Assembly (NCBI GenBank): GCA_963817895.1
Contig: CAWFQB010000001.1
Span: 480,001-544,000 of the forward strand
Direction of reading: 5' to 3'
Origin: an uncultured Chthonomonadaceae bacterium
Lineage (GTDB): Bacteria > Armatimonadota > Chthonomonadetes > Chthonomonadales > Chthonomonadaceae
Length of the DNA stretch: 64,000 bases
The notes beneath the pieces are model-generated. The model made no database searches. It was not told where the DNA came from and worked only from the letters and a program-made list of their open reading frames with translations. How positions within the stretch are numbered: position 1 is the stretch's first letter; each line of letters opens with the position of its first letter. Below are positions 48,632-58,995 of this stretch, one piece after another. A program made the translations under genes and the position numbers.

Positions 48632-50758
48632 GTGTCGGATCGCCATCAAGAACCTGCCCCCTTCGCGCCCAGGCCCAGTGATCGCCTGCCCTTCACCAAG
48701 CGCTTTCGCCGCCTGCTGCTCGGCAGTCCCGTTTCCAGCGAAAATGCGGAGCATACCCTGCTGCCGAAGTTTCTTGCCCTGCCCGTTTTCGCCTCGGACG
48801 CCATCTCGTCCGTCGCTTATGCCACGCAGCAGATCATTCTCGCGCTTGGCGCGTCGGGCCTGTACCTGTCTCAATACGCGGATCAGTACCGTTTCAATAC
48901 GTTTCTGATTGCCGGACTGATCGTGTCCCTGCTGATCATTGTCGTGTTTTCCTACTGGCAGACCATCTTCGCCTATCCCAAAGGCGGCGGCTCTTACATC
49001 GTCACCAAAGACAATCTTGGCATCATGCCGGGACTGGTGGCCGGGGCCGCGCTGCTGATTGACTACGTTCTCACCGTGTCCGTTTCCATCGCGTCGGGTG
49101 TGCAGAATCTGGTCAGTATCCCATTTGCCAAACAGTGGAATCTGGATCAGCATCTGGTGGGCTGGTGTCTGATTTTCATCGGCCTGCTGACGCTGGTAAA
49201 CCTGCGCGGCCTGAAAGAGTCGGGCGCGTTGTTTGCCGTGTTCACGTATGGCTTTGTCGTGATGTGCGGCATTATGATTGTTATACCTATTATCGGCCCG
49301 TTTTTAGGCTGGAAACCGCATCTGGAAGAGATAAACGACGTTTACCAAAACTGGCCTATCGAGCAGGCGAAACACTCCGCGCAAACATTCGGCGCGCTCG
49401 TGCTGCTGCGCGCGTTCGCCAACGGCTGTTCGGCCATGACGGGAACCGAGGCTGTCAGCGACGGCATCCCCGCTTTTCAGGAACCCAAATCCAAAAACGC
49501 CGCCCTGACCCTGCTCAACATGGGGCTGATTCTTGGCACGATCTTTATGGGCGTGACGTGGCTTGCCATGCACTTTCATGTGGTCTACTGGGAAGCCGGG
49601 GGCAAAACCGCGCCCGCCGTAATTGACCAGATTTCCGGCGCCATTTTCGGCAAAACCGGGCCGTTCAGCTTCGCTTATCTTGTGACACAGTTCTTTACCG
49701 CTGCGGTTCTCGTCCTTGCCGCCAATACCGCGTATGCCGACTTTCCGCGGCTCTGCTCGTTCCTTGCCCGCGACCGCTTCGCGCCCAAGCAGTTCGCCAA
49801 TCTGGGCGACAAACTGGTTTTCAACAACGGCATTGTGATCCTCGGCCTTTTCGCGGCAGTTCTTATTTACGCGAAAAAGGGGCAGGTAGACGCCCTGATT
49901 CCCCTGTACGCGACGGGCGTTTTCACGGCCTTTACCCTGTCGCAGTCTTCGATGGTCATGCGCTGGCGGCGATTGCGGGGGCCGGGATGGTTTCGCAAAG
50001 CCTGTATCAACGGTTTCGGCGCGTGTACCACGTTTATTGTGCTGTTCTTTGTCGTGTGGGAGAAGTTCAAGGAGGGCGCGTGGATCGTGCTGATGCTGAT
50101 CGCCATTCTGGTCTTCGGCTTCCGCAAAATCCATGACCATTACGCCGACGCCGCCGGACAGTTGCGGCTGCCCGAAGCGCCCGAACCGGATACGCCCCTG
50201 CTAAACACGGTACTCGTGCTTGTGCCGGGATTGCATCGGGGTGTCCTGCCCGCCCTGAAATACGCGCGGCTTATCTCCCCGGACTGCCGCGCCGTGTACA
50301 TCGAAACCGACCCGGAACGCAGCCAGCAACTCAAATCAAAGTGGGAGGAGTGGAGTCACGGCGTTCCGCTTGTGATTCTCAATTCCACATACCGCTCGCT
50401 CATCAGCCCCATCATGCGCTATCTGGACGCGGTGCAGGCGGAGCGGCGCAGGCATCTCATCACGGTAATCGTGCCGGAATTCGTGCCGACACAGCGCTGG
50501 CATCAACTGCTGCACGGCAACAACGGCCTGCTGCTGAAATTCGCCCTGATGGGCCGCAAAGATGTGATCGTGACGAATGTGCGCTACTACCTACAGCATA
50601 CGGACGAGCCGCCCACGCAGGACGCGCTTGACGAAGAGGTCGCGTCTTTCGCGCCAATCGAACCTGTTGACCACGCGCAGGCGGAAACGCAACCTTCGGA
50701 AATAGCTCCCGTTTTGCTGGCGCAAGCCCCGCATGGAGACGAGGAACGTGATTATTGA
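48632..50758 (+). CDS. APC-superfamily permease, KimA/YdaO-like potassium transporter
   Basis: ALPVFASDAISSVAYA, AYPKGGGSY, LIDYVLTVSVS, AMTGTEA, LIPLYATGVF, SPYR-like STYRS; GTG start after GGAGG. Confidence 0.85.
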   Translation: MSDRHQEPAPFAPRPSDRLPFTKRFRRLLLGSPVSSENAEHTLLPKFLALPVFASDAISSVAYATQQIILALGASGLYLSQYADQYRFNTFLIAGLIVSLLIIVVFSYWQTIFAYPKGGGSYIVTKDNLGIMPGLVAGAALLIDYVLTVSVSIASGVQNLVSIPFAKQWNLDQHLVGWCLIFIGLLTLVNLRGLKESGALFAVFTYGFVVMCGIMIVIPIIGPFLGWKPHLEEINDVYQNWPIEQAKHSAQTFGALVLLRAFANGCSAMTGTEAVSDGIPAFQEPKSKNAALTLLNMGLILGTIFMGVTWLAMHFHVVYWEAGGKTAPAVIDQISGAIFGKTGPFSFAYLVTQFFTAAVLVLAANTAYADFPRLCSFLARDRFAPKQFANLGDKLVFNNGIVILGLFAAVLIYAKKGQVDALIPLYATGVFTAFTLSQSSMVMRWRRLRGPGWFRKACINGFGACTTFIVLFFVVWEKFKEGAWIVLMLIAILVFGFRKIHDHYADAAGQLRLPEAPEPDTPLLNTVLVLVPGLHRGVLPALKYARLISPDCRAVYIETDPERSQQLKSKWEEWSHGVPLVILNSTYRSLISPIMRYLDAVQAERRRHLITVIVPEFVPTQRWHQLLHGNNGLLLKFALMGRKDVIVTNVRYYLQHTDEPPTQDALDEEVASFAPIEPVDHAQAETQPSEIAPVLLAQAPHGDEERDY

Positions 50759-51116
50759 AACCGACCATGAGGTGATTTACATGTCCGGCGCCCTCCGCGC
50801 TAATCAGTGGCCCGCCATCAAAACAACAGCGTATCTCGTGTACGCGAGTTACCCGATGGGCGTGACGCTGGATTTTGGCGGCGTCCGGTGCGTATCCGTC
50901 GGGGGAGAAAGCACGTTTCTGGACGCGCTTGCGGATATTGAGCGCCATGAATTGCCCTTTGCGCTTTCCCGCGTCCCCCCGGAAGTGGCGGCGCGATTAC
51001 AGCAAAAGATGGGGAATTTTTCGGATTCGCGCCGCCCGGATGCGGGGGAGGAGAGCCGCATCCGGCAGGCCATCGGCTCTGAAACCTGGTGGCGGAAGTT
51101 GTGGGGCGCGACCTAA
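50733..51116 (+). CDS. STAS-like hypothetical protein
   Basis: VIYMSGAL..VTLDFGGVRCVS..F.L.RVPPEV alpha/beta pattern; overlaps the permease stop. Confidence 0.5.
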   Translation: METRNVIIETDHEVIYMSGALRANQWPAIKTTAYLVYASYPMGVTLDFGGVRCVSVGGESTFLDALADIERHELPFALSRVPPEVAARLQQKMGNFSDSRRPDAGEESRIRQAIGSETWWRKLWGAT

Positions 51117-51283
51117 TCTGAAAATACCGCATCGGCTCATTTTTGCAGAAATCGTAAGAAGGATACACTCTGCCCCTGTTAGCAATGAACTTTCCGCGCA
51201 TGGCGTGGAACTAATGAAGTGAACCGCGCGGTTTCAACCGGAAGCGCGGCTCTTGACAACATGTTCATTGACGAAAGAGGCAG

Positions 51284-52756
51284 ATGATGCAGCCGAATAA
51301 ACCCAAAACAACCTCAACGGGCGCGAAATTGACGGCAATGGCAGGCGCAATCGCCGTTCTGGCGGGAGGGCGAGGCGTGGCAGACGTACCCAAAACAAAG
51401 GCGACGACACACCCGGACGTGTCCGGTTCCGTCGCGTACCACAGCGCGGTGCAGAAGACCGCCGGAATGGTTTCCGACGCGACCGCGCAGCACATGGCGA
51501 AGCAGCATGGGCTGGACATTCTCAACTTGACGTGGGAAGACACGGGGCAATTCAAAGGCTCGTCCGTAGGACCCAACATCAGCGACATGACCATTCAGGT
51601 GGCTGCCCGCAACCCGCAAACGCGGCAGTTGGACGTGACCTGCATGCCCGTGATTCGCTATCCCAACTTTTCTGACAAGACCTGCGATCTCGACCCGCGC
51701 GATTTTGAACTGCTTGTCGGTAATCAGGCGTCGGGCAGCGACGGCAATTTGAAGCGGGTATCGCTGTACGAGTTTTTGCAGGAGCCAACGGCGTTTCTGA
51801 CGCATCCGGCCTCGTGGAGCGGGAATAAAGCCAAAAGTTTGATCGCGCCCAATCGTGACAGCAAAGTTCTGGTATCCGCGCAGGCGTGTTTCCTGCCGGT
51901 TCCCAAACAGGGCAAGGCCACATTCAACCCGATCGTGTTCAACTACCAGAGCTACGCCAAAAATCCGGCTGTGCTGACTATTCTCGCCACGCGGGAGGGA
52001 ACGAGCGCAACTGTTATTGACAACACGCGAGACGCTTTCGAAACGGGCGCGGTATGGGGACAGCGCCTGTTCCACAACGCGCATGGGCAGCGCGCCAGCC
52101 TGACGGGGGAGCGCGAAAGTGATTTCAAGGCGAACCATCATAACGACGTTTCGCCAGACAGTCCCGCAGTGGCGAAAACCGAGACCGGCTTGAACATGGT
52201 GCTGCTGATACAGGTTCCCCTAAAGCAACAGGAACGCCCGCGCAGAATGTACGAAATGGAAGACAAAGCAATGGCTGCGCCCGGAATGAGCGCGGGTTCT
52301 ATCCGTAGACGCGCCGCCAGCAACGTGGAAAACGCGGTCATCGGACATGGCGCGATGGAAGGCCCATTCACGGAGATAGACAACCTGCCGGTTGAACGCG
52401 ACCCGCGCTATCCGGTTCGCGTCACCGTACAGTTCTATAAAGCGACGGATAACGGCGTTGTGAGCGCGGACGATTTGCAGGCCATCAAAACGCAGATAGA
52501 TCGCGTGTACGCGCATAGCGATAGCGTCGGCAGTCTGGTTACGAATGGCGAAACGGGGCGCGTCACGGAATACGCGGGCGCGAAAGTGCAGCCTGCCGAC
52601 TGGTGGCAGACCTTCTGGCGCGATTACGAGGCGCATTTCCACGTTCCGCGCGAAGTCGCCATCCAGCGCCTGCGCAAACTCCTCGGACACGATTATGAAC
52701 GACAGCCGGTGACGGATTTGTACGCGCGTCATCTGCTGCGCCATCACAGCGCATAG
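51284..52756 (+). CDS. Hypothetical protein, possibly secreted
   Basis: 490-aa ORF with coding-like codon usage, N-terminal hydrophobic stretch, WEDTG..GPNISDMT motif. Confidence 0.7.
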   Translation: MMQPNKPKTTSTGAKLTAMAGAIAVLAGGRGVADVPKTKATTHPDVSGSVAYHSAVQKTAGMVSDATAQHMAKQHGLDILNLTWEDTGQFKGSSVGPNISDMTIQVAARNPQTRQLDVTCMPVIRYPNFSDKTCDLDPRDFELLVGNQASGSDGNLKRVSLYEFLQEPTAFLTHPASWSGNKAKSLIAPNRDSKVLVSAQACFLPVPKQGKATFNPIVFNYQSYAKNPAVLTILATREGTSATVIDNTRDAFETGAVWGQRLFHNAHGQRASLTGERESDFKANHHNDVSPDSPAVAKTETGLNMVLLIQVPLKQQERPRRMYEMEDKAMAAPGMSAGSIRRRAASNVENAVIGHGAMEGPFTEIDNLPVERDPRYPVRVTVQFYKATDNGVVSADDLQAIKTQIDRVYAHSDSVGSLVTNGETGRVTEYAGAKVQPADWWQTFWRDYEAHFHVPREVAIQRLRKLLGHDYERQPVTDLYARHLLRHHSA

Positions 52757-52772
52757 TATTCCGTCAATGGTG

Positions 52773-52959
52773 AACCTTGTAGGGGCGCTGCTTGCTGCGC
52801 CCTCTCAAAACTCTGAAAACGTTGCGATCTCTCAAAACTCTAAAAACGTTGCGCCCTCTGGAAACTTGCTGCGCCTTGTTGCAAAGAGGGTTCAGCAGAC
52901 TGTGAAGAGGGTTCAGCAGACTGTGAAGAGGGTTCAGCAAGCAGAACCCCTACAAGGTT
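52773..52959. repeat. GTAG-type REPIN with internal tandem duplications
   Basis: AACCTTGTAGGGGCGCTGCTTGCTGCGCCC ... GGGTTCAGCAAGCAGAACCCCTACAAGGTT; inner 27-bp x2 and 21-bp (AAGAGGGTTCAGCAGACTGTG) x2.7 repeats. Confidence 0.82.
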
Positions 52960-52987
52960 TCCGCGATGTGATTGTTCAATAGGGTTG

Positions 52988-54383
52988 TTATCTGGCGCGC
53001 GTGGCGAGGAACAGATAGGTTTCATCGCCGGGGAGGTCGGTGACGGTCAGCGTTTTGGCGTTGTGGAGAGGGAGGGTCTTGCGCGGGCCATCCCATCCGT
53101 ACACATTGATGTAGGTCGCGTCGGAGGGTATGTCGGTCAGTGTAAACGCATTGCCGGGATGATTGCTCCACGCCTTGCGGTTTTGCCACACCCACAGTTT
53201 TTTGCTCGCGCCCGTCAACACGAACTCGCCTTTGCCGCGTGGGTCGAGGCTGGCAAACTTCATGCCGCGCGTCAGGTTTATTACCATTTGCAGCGTTTTG
53301 CCGCGCAGAGTGGGCGTATATGGGTCGGGATTTTCCGTCATGCCGAACTCTTTATCGCTTGATGTGTTGTTGAATAGGTTCCACGGAAAGGCGATCACGG
53401 TCACGGGCGTTTTGCCGTCGTTGCCCACCACGCCCAGATTGTCCCAGATGCCCGTCAATAGCCCGCGCCGCCTGCGGTTCTTCGACAAGCCGCTTTTTGT
53501 AGTTGAACTCGGTCGAATAAAACCGAATGTCCCGCGTGATGCCGCTTGCCTTTTTCACCATGTCGAAATTGTTCTGCGCGGAGCGCTGGTAGGTGTTTTC
53601 CATCGGCGCGTATTGTACATCGTAATAGGTGTGCAGGTCCATGCCGTCCAGATGCCCGTCGTTCCACAGGGGCGCGAGGGCGGGACCAAGCCCGCGCAAT
53701 TTCCAGTCGGCGAAAGCGTTCGCGCTGAGAAAGCCACCCGGCAGAACCCGCAGCGATTTATCCACACCATGAACGCCTTCTGAAAGTCCCTTTAGCGCGG
53801 CAACGTACTGCGCCGGACCGAGTTTGCCGCCCGCCTTGAAGTCGCCGCCATCCGGTTCGTTGAAGGCCGTATAAATCGTAATGCCCCAATCTTTGACGCG
53901 GTTTTCTCGCGCCCACGCGCCGTTGGGCCGATACCGTTCCGCAAACGCGCATCCCAAACTCGCCCATTGCGTCTCGCTTCCCGCCGCCATGTTGTTTTTG
54001 GTCACGTAATCCGAGTAGAACTCGAACAGAATCAGGGGCGTCACGTTGCGCGTATGCGCCAGCAGGAGAATGTTGTCCAGCGCGTGAATGTTGGGCCGGT
54101 TCCAATCGTTGTTGACGAGATACTTGCCCGGATACAGGTTGATACGGCAGGCATGCGCGTCCAGCGTTTCCAGAACCGCGAACTGCCGCTGCTCGTTCGC
54201 GCCCACGTCGCCGTTCGTAAAGTTTCCGCCGCCTATACGCGCGTTGATGTTGCCCGACGGTTCCCGCGTTTCCGCTTTTTGCCCCTGCGTCCCTCTCATT
54301 CCGCAAAGCGCGAGCGCAAGCAGTACGCCGCCTACGCGAAACCAAATGCGCGGCGTACCGATAAATCGTATGAATAATCTCAT
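52988..54383 (-). CDS. Secreted clan GH-A-like glycoside hydrolase; frameshift near 53462
   Basis: Signal peptide, AFNEPD (acid/base), DLHTY, YSTEFN (nucleophile); continues in the 52988-53488 frame. Confidence 0.65.
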
Positions 54384-54538
54384 AACTCTGTTCCCCTGTG
54401 GAATGAAATCGCGCCCCAATCTCTGAACTGAACGAATTCCTGTCACGGCAGCAGGAATTTTGTGTCAAACTGAGAATAGAGTTTTCACGACGCCGATTCC
54501 TCTTTTTGCCTGTAAAGTTGCCAATCAAGGAGAAAAGT

Positions 54539-55501
54539 TTGACTGCCACGAAACATTCTGCAATGCCGATATTGATAACCGGGCTGATGCTGTTCAGCGC
54601 GCTGCTTGTCACCACCGACCTTTCCGCGCAAAACGCGAAAAAGCCCAAACCGAAAACAGGAGCCGCGAAACCCGCCGATAAGAGCGCGGCCACAACGGGC
54701 GGCGGCGCGGACGCCGATGCGATTGCGGCAGGTAAAAAAATCTACGACGCGAACGGCTGCTCTACCTGCCACGCGATTTCCGGCAAGGGCGGCGCGGCGG
54801 GACCGATTCTGACCACAACGGGAGCCGCGCCCACCCACACGGCGCAATGGCTTGGCGAACAGGTGGCCAACCCCAAAGCGCACAATCCCGGTTCCACGAT
54901 GCCGGGTTACGCCACTTCCATCAAGGGCAAAGACCTCACCGCGCTGTCCGTGTTTCTGGTGAGTCTGAAGGGCGAACCGGCCGCCGCGCTCAACGCGCCC
55001 AAAAAGCTCGGCATTGCGCCCGACCCTGCCGCAATGGGGCAGATACAGAAAATGGGCGGGCTGGTCAGCCCGGTTGCCGAAAACGACGACCATCTGGACA
55101 TCAACCTGCGCATGGCGGGAACGGCTGCCAACGACGCGGCCCTGACACCCGTAAGCAAACTGGCGGGAACGTCCCGGCTGGACCTGGGACAAACGGCAAT
55201 TACGGACGCAGGTTTAGCCCGGTTGAAGGGGCTGAAAAACCTGACCGCGCTGCATCTGGAGGGTACGCGCATCACGGACGCGGGACTTGTGGCGATACAG
55301 GACATGCGCAGTCTGGAATACCTGAACCTGTACAACACGGGCGTGACGGATGCCGGACTGGAACATCTCACGCGCCTGACCAATCTGCGCCATCTGTATG
55401 TGTGGCAGACCAAAGTGACGGACGCGGGCGTCGCCAAACTGAAAAAGGCGCTGCCGCAGGTTGAAATCGTGCAGGGTATTGCCGCCACGCCCGCAAAATA
55501 G
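54539..55501 (+). CDS. Exported cytochrome c plus leucine-rich-repeat protein
   Basis: Signal peptide, CSTCH, GSTMPGY axial Met, L.L..T.ITDAGL LRRs; TTG after AAGGAG (or ATG 54563). Confidence 0.8.
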   Translation: MTATKHSAMPILITGLMLFSALLVTTDLSAQNAKKPKPKTGAAKPADKSAATTGGGADADAIAAGKKIYDANGCSTCHAISGKGGAAGPILTTTGAAPTHTAQWLGEQVANPKAHNPGSTMPGYATSIKGKDLTALSVFLVSLKGEPAAALNAPKKLGIAPDPAAMGQIQKMGGLVSPVAENDDHLDINLRMAGTAANDAALTPVSKLAGTSRLDLGQTAITDAGLARLKGLKNLTALHLEGTRITDAGLVAIQDMRSLEYLNLYNTGVTDAGLEHLTRLTNLRHLYVWQTKVTDAGVAKLKKALPQVEIVQGIAATPAK

Positions 55502-55525
55502 CAACTTGTCATTTGCTGAACGGTT

Positions 55526-56575
55526 ATGATGAACCGCAAACGCGCGCCTGTGCCAGAAGTTCTCAAAAGCCTCCGCAAACGCCTGAACCATCGTGATGAA
55601 ACCATACGCGAACAGGCGTTTCAGGAGGCGCTTGCCCTGCCGCCCGAAATGCTGCTGCGATTGATGCAATGGGATGCGGGACGGGCGCGCGTTTACGGGC
55701 GGATACATCATGCTCTGGGCGGTTCCTGCTGTCTGTGGGTTTTGATTTGCCTTGTAACCGCTATCGGGCAATTTGTCTATAAGACAGCCTTTCTGCTGCG
55801 GGACGCGCTGCTGTTTTTGTGGATGCCGCTCTCCTTTGTCGCGATGGGGAGAATACAGGCTCGCACCCGCTTGTGCGGTGTGTTGAGTCGCGTCATTATG
55901 GCCCGCGATGAGGCGCGTTTTGTATTTCCGGCTCTGATGTTTTACCACTATGTGGAAACAGATATGTACACGGACATTCGCCAGACCCTGCTGCGCCTCA
56001 TGCCGCTTTTAACGCCTGCGGATGTGGAGGAATGGACGAGTGAGTGTACAGCGGCTTCCCGGCAGCGCATGTTCTGGCGTTCGCGCGGTTTTGACCTGTG
56101 GCACGATCTGGAGATGCTGGATTGCGCGCTGGAAACGCTGGCGCGCGTGGGAAGCGCGGAAGACGTTGTCACTGTTCGCAGTGTCGCGCGTCTGACGCCG
56201 GAGCAGATTGCCCGCAAAATACGCCCGCATGCGCTTGCCGATGACCGCAAAGAGGTATATCGCGCCATTCGCAATTCTACAATCCTAAACCCCAAACAGC
56301 ACGGCAGAATTGACCCGGAAAATAACGCGGTGATGCAGGACGAGCGTTACCGCCAATGGTGTTTGAGTCGGGCGCGGGAGATATACGCGCTGGCGAATTG
56401 CAGTCTCGCCGCATTGTTGGAGCGGGGCGAACAGCAGCAACGGGCGGCGGGATTGTTACGCGCTTCTCAGGCGACAGACACAGAGGCCGCGAAGATTCTA
56501 TTACGCCCGCAAATCGAACACGAATCCCAAACACCGCCTGAACAACTGCTGCGCGCGAATACATCAAAACTCTAA
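55526..56575 (+). CDS. Membrane protein with triple LLR[PA] C-terminal tail (paralog 1)
   Basis: Two TM helices, HEAT-like ALETLARVG, tail LLRAS..LLRP..EQLLRA. Confidence 0.7.
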   Translation: MMNRKRAPVPEVLKSLRKRLNHRDETIREQAFQEALALPPEMLLRLMQWDAGRARVYGRIHHALGGSCCLWVLICLVTAIGQFVYKTAFLLRDALLFLWMPLSFVAMGRIQARTRLCGVLSRVIMARDEARFVFPALMFYHYVETDMYTDIRQTLLRLMPLLTPADVEEWTSECTAASRQRMFWRSRGFDLWHDLEMLDCALETLARVGSAEDVVTVRSVARLTPEQIARKIRPHALADDRKEVYRAIRNSTILNPKQHGRIDPENNAVMQDERYRQWCLSRAREIYALANCSLAALLERGEQQQRAAGLLRASQATDTEAAKILLRPQIEHESQTPPEQLLRANTSKL

Positions 56576-56621
56576 CAACCTAACAACCTAACAACTTAAC
56601 AACCTGAAACGGAGGCTTGAC

Positions 56622-57903
56622 ATGGCGCAGGACAGACGGCAATTTCTTATCAATTCGGCTCTGGCGGGAGCGGCTGCGGCATTGCTTGATACGCCTGCAA
56701 ACGCGAAGCGGCATTCACAGGCGGATAAACTCAACGTCGCGGTTGTGGGCGTGGCGAACCGGGGCGGGGATAATTTGAACGGCGTGAGCAGCCTGAGCAG
56801 CGTCAATATCGTGGCCCTGTGCGACGTGGATGACAACTATCTTCATGCCGCCGGGTCGCGCTTTCCCAACGCCAAAACCTACAACGATTACCGCAAGATG
56901 CTCGAACAGAAAGACATTGACGCGGTTGTCGTCAGCACGCCCGATCACATGCACGGGCCGATTACCCTTGCCGCAATGGAAGCGGGACACGATGTATATT
57001 GCGAAAAGCCCCTTGCACATACGGTTGCCGAGTGCCGCAAAGTGACCGATACCGCCCGCAAATTGAAGCGGGTTACGCAGATGGGGACGCAGATACACGC
57101 GACGGCTAATTATCGCCGCGTGGTGGAGAAGATACAGGCGGGCGCAATTGGAACTGTGACGGAGGCGCACTCGTGGTCGGACAAAGTTTGGACGGGTGTT
57201 TCGCCCCTGCCTGAAAGCAGGCCGCAGCCCCCGACCCTGCACTGGGATTTATGGCTCGGCAAGTCCGCGCCGCGCCCGTACAATGAGGCGTATGTGCCGG
57301 CCAAATGGCGCGGCTGGTGGCAATGGGGCGGAGGAACCCTTGCGGACATGGCCTGTCACCATTTAGACCTGCCGTTCTGGGCGCTGAATCTGGACTATCC
57401 GCGCACTATCAGAAGCAACCGGCCCGCCCGTCAGCCCGGACATTACTCCGGCATGGCTGATTGTACACTATGCGTTTCCCGCCCGCGATCAACGCGCGCC
57501 CGTCGAATTAAACTGGTATTGCGGCGGCAAGCGCCCGCCCCAATTTGAGCAGGCAGGCGTTCTGCCCAGATGGGGCGACGGAACGCTGTTTGTGGGCAAC
57601 AAGGGGATGCTGCTGGCCGATTACGACCGTCATGTACTGCTGCCGGAAAAGGATTTCGCCGGTTACGCCGCGCCCCCGCTCTCCATTCCCGACAGCATCG
57701 GACATCATGCCGAATGGGTGGAAGCCTGCAAGCATCGGGGAACCACAACCTGCCGTTTCGAGTACAGCGGACTGCTTGCGGAAACCGTCGCGCTCGGCAA
57801 TGTCGCGTACCGCATGGGCCAAAAACTGGAATGGAACGCCCGCGCCCTGAAAGTCACGAACTGCCGCGAAGCCGATGCGCTGTTACATCCGTCCAAAGTA
57901 TAG
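56622..57903 (+). CDS. Tat-exported Gfo/Idh/MocA oxidoreductase; frameshift at ~57411
   Basis: DRRQFL, VGVANRG, STPDHMH, YCEKPLA, DMACH; removing one A restores IEATGPP..LFVGNKGML. Confidence 0.88.
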
Positions 57904-57981
57904 GAGCGGCCAACATCAGGCCGAATACCTGAACACCAAACACCTGAATATCGGCTTTTTCTACCGGGGAGGAGGCGAACA

Positions 57982-58917
57982 ATGCGCGTTCAGCACACCC
58001 ATGAGCGGGAACCGGAGCAGGAATCAGGTTTGGAAAGTATTCGCGCCCGCCTGCAAAATGACCGTCAGGAGGTGGACAGCGAAGCGGCTGCAAGCCTGGA
58101 GTCTTCTGATGCAGAGCAACTGCTGCGGACGGGACAGGCGGAAGCGCGACATTGGCGGCGTGTTGAAGTCGCTACCAATTGGACAATGGCGCTGTGCTGG
58201 CTTGTGGGTCTGAGTCTGTTGATCTTTCGTCCGCTCACGCATGCCCTATCGCGCCAGTTTGATGAGATTGTGGGATATGGAGTGATCGTTCTCGGCGGCT
58301 ACATTGTGCAACGCTATCGCAGGCAAATGTCAGTGTCGCGCCTGAAATTGGCGCAAAACTACAGCAATGTTCGTGACAAACGGCTGGTTCCCATGGGATT
58401 GCTGTTGCTGCGCGACCGCTCCGTGAACAATCCAATGCTCGTTGAGATGCTGGTTCGCTCCCTGCCGCTTTTGACCTATAACGAAGTTCAAATGTGGACC
58501 TACGAACAAAGGGCCGCGCTTCTATCTGTTCTGGAACTCCCCCTGCGCGACTACCGGCTGGCGCTGGCCGCGCTGAAAGCATTGGAACAGGTAGGGGATG
58601 AAAGCGCGTTGCCTGTGGCGCAGAAACTGGCGGACATGCAGCGCGAATTGCCTCTTTTACGCGAAGATGTCTTGAAGTTGTTCCGTCCAAACCTCAATAT
58701 GCTTGCGATGGAGGTCAAACAAGAGGCAAAGCAGTGCCTGCCTTATCTGACTGGCCGAGCGAATGAGCAGCGGCTGGCGCGAACTTTGCTGCGTGGCTCA
58801 ACGGCGACCATTATACCGAGCGCGGATATTCTGCTGCGCCCGGCAACGGGAGAAGCGGACACCCTGCCCTCAGAGCAACTGTTGAGGCCGGTGGAGGAAG
58901 AAGAGAGTAGTATATAG
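57982..58917 (+). CDS. Membrane protein with triple LLR[PG] C-terminal tail (paralog 2)
   Basis: ATG CGC GTT CAG at 57982 reads on the PLUS strand after GGAGGAGG (the ORF track labels it minus); two TM helices, ALKALEQVGD HEAT-like motif. Confidence 0.78.
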   Translation: MRVQHTHEREPEQESGLESIRARLQNDRQEVDSEAAASLESSDAEQLLRTGQAEARHWRRVEVATNWTMALCWLVGLSLLIFRPLTHALSRQFDEIVGYGVIVLGGYIVQRYRRQMSVSRLKLAQNYSNVRDKRLVPMGLLLLRDRSVNNPMLVEMLVRSLPLLTYNEVQMWTYEQRAALLSVLELPLRDYRLALAALKALEQVGDESALPVAQKLADMQRELPLLREDVLKLFRPNLNMLAMEVKQEAKQCLPYLTGRANEQRLARTLLRGSTATIIPSADILLRPATGEADTLPSEQLLRPVEEEESSI

Positions 58918-58995
58918 CTTTTTCGTTGCTTTGATTGGCGCGCAGGGCAAGGTGTAACAGGTATCGCTTCCATCCTCCATCTCGCATCCATTATT

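Noticed and set aside
52800..52945. Tandem 27-bp and 21-bp repeats resembling a mini CRISPR array
   Set aside because: The repeats abut without unique spacers, lie within a REP doublet, and no cas genes are present
57982..58917. ORF track lists this 311-aa ORF on the minus strand
   Set aside because: The given protein translates from the plus strand (ATGCGCGTTCAG at 57982, TAG ending at 58917), so it is annotated as plus
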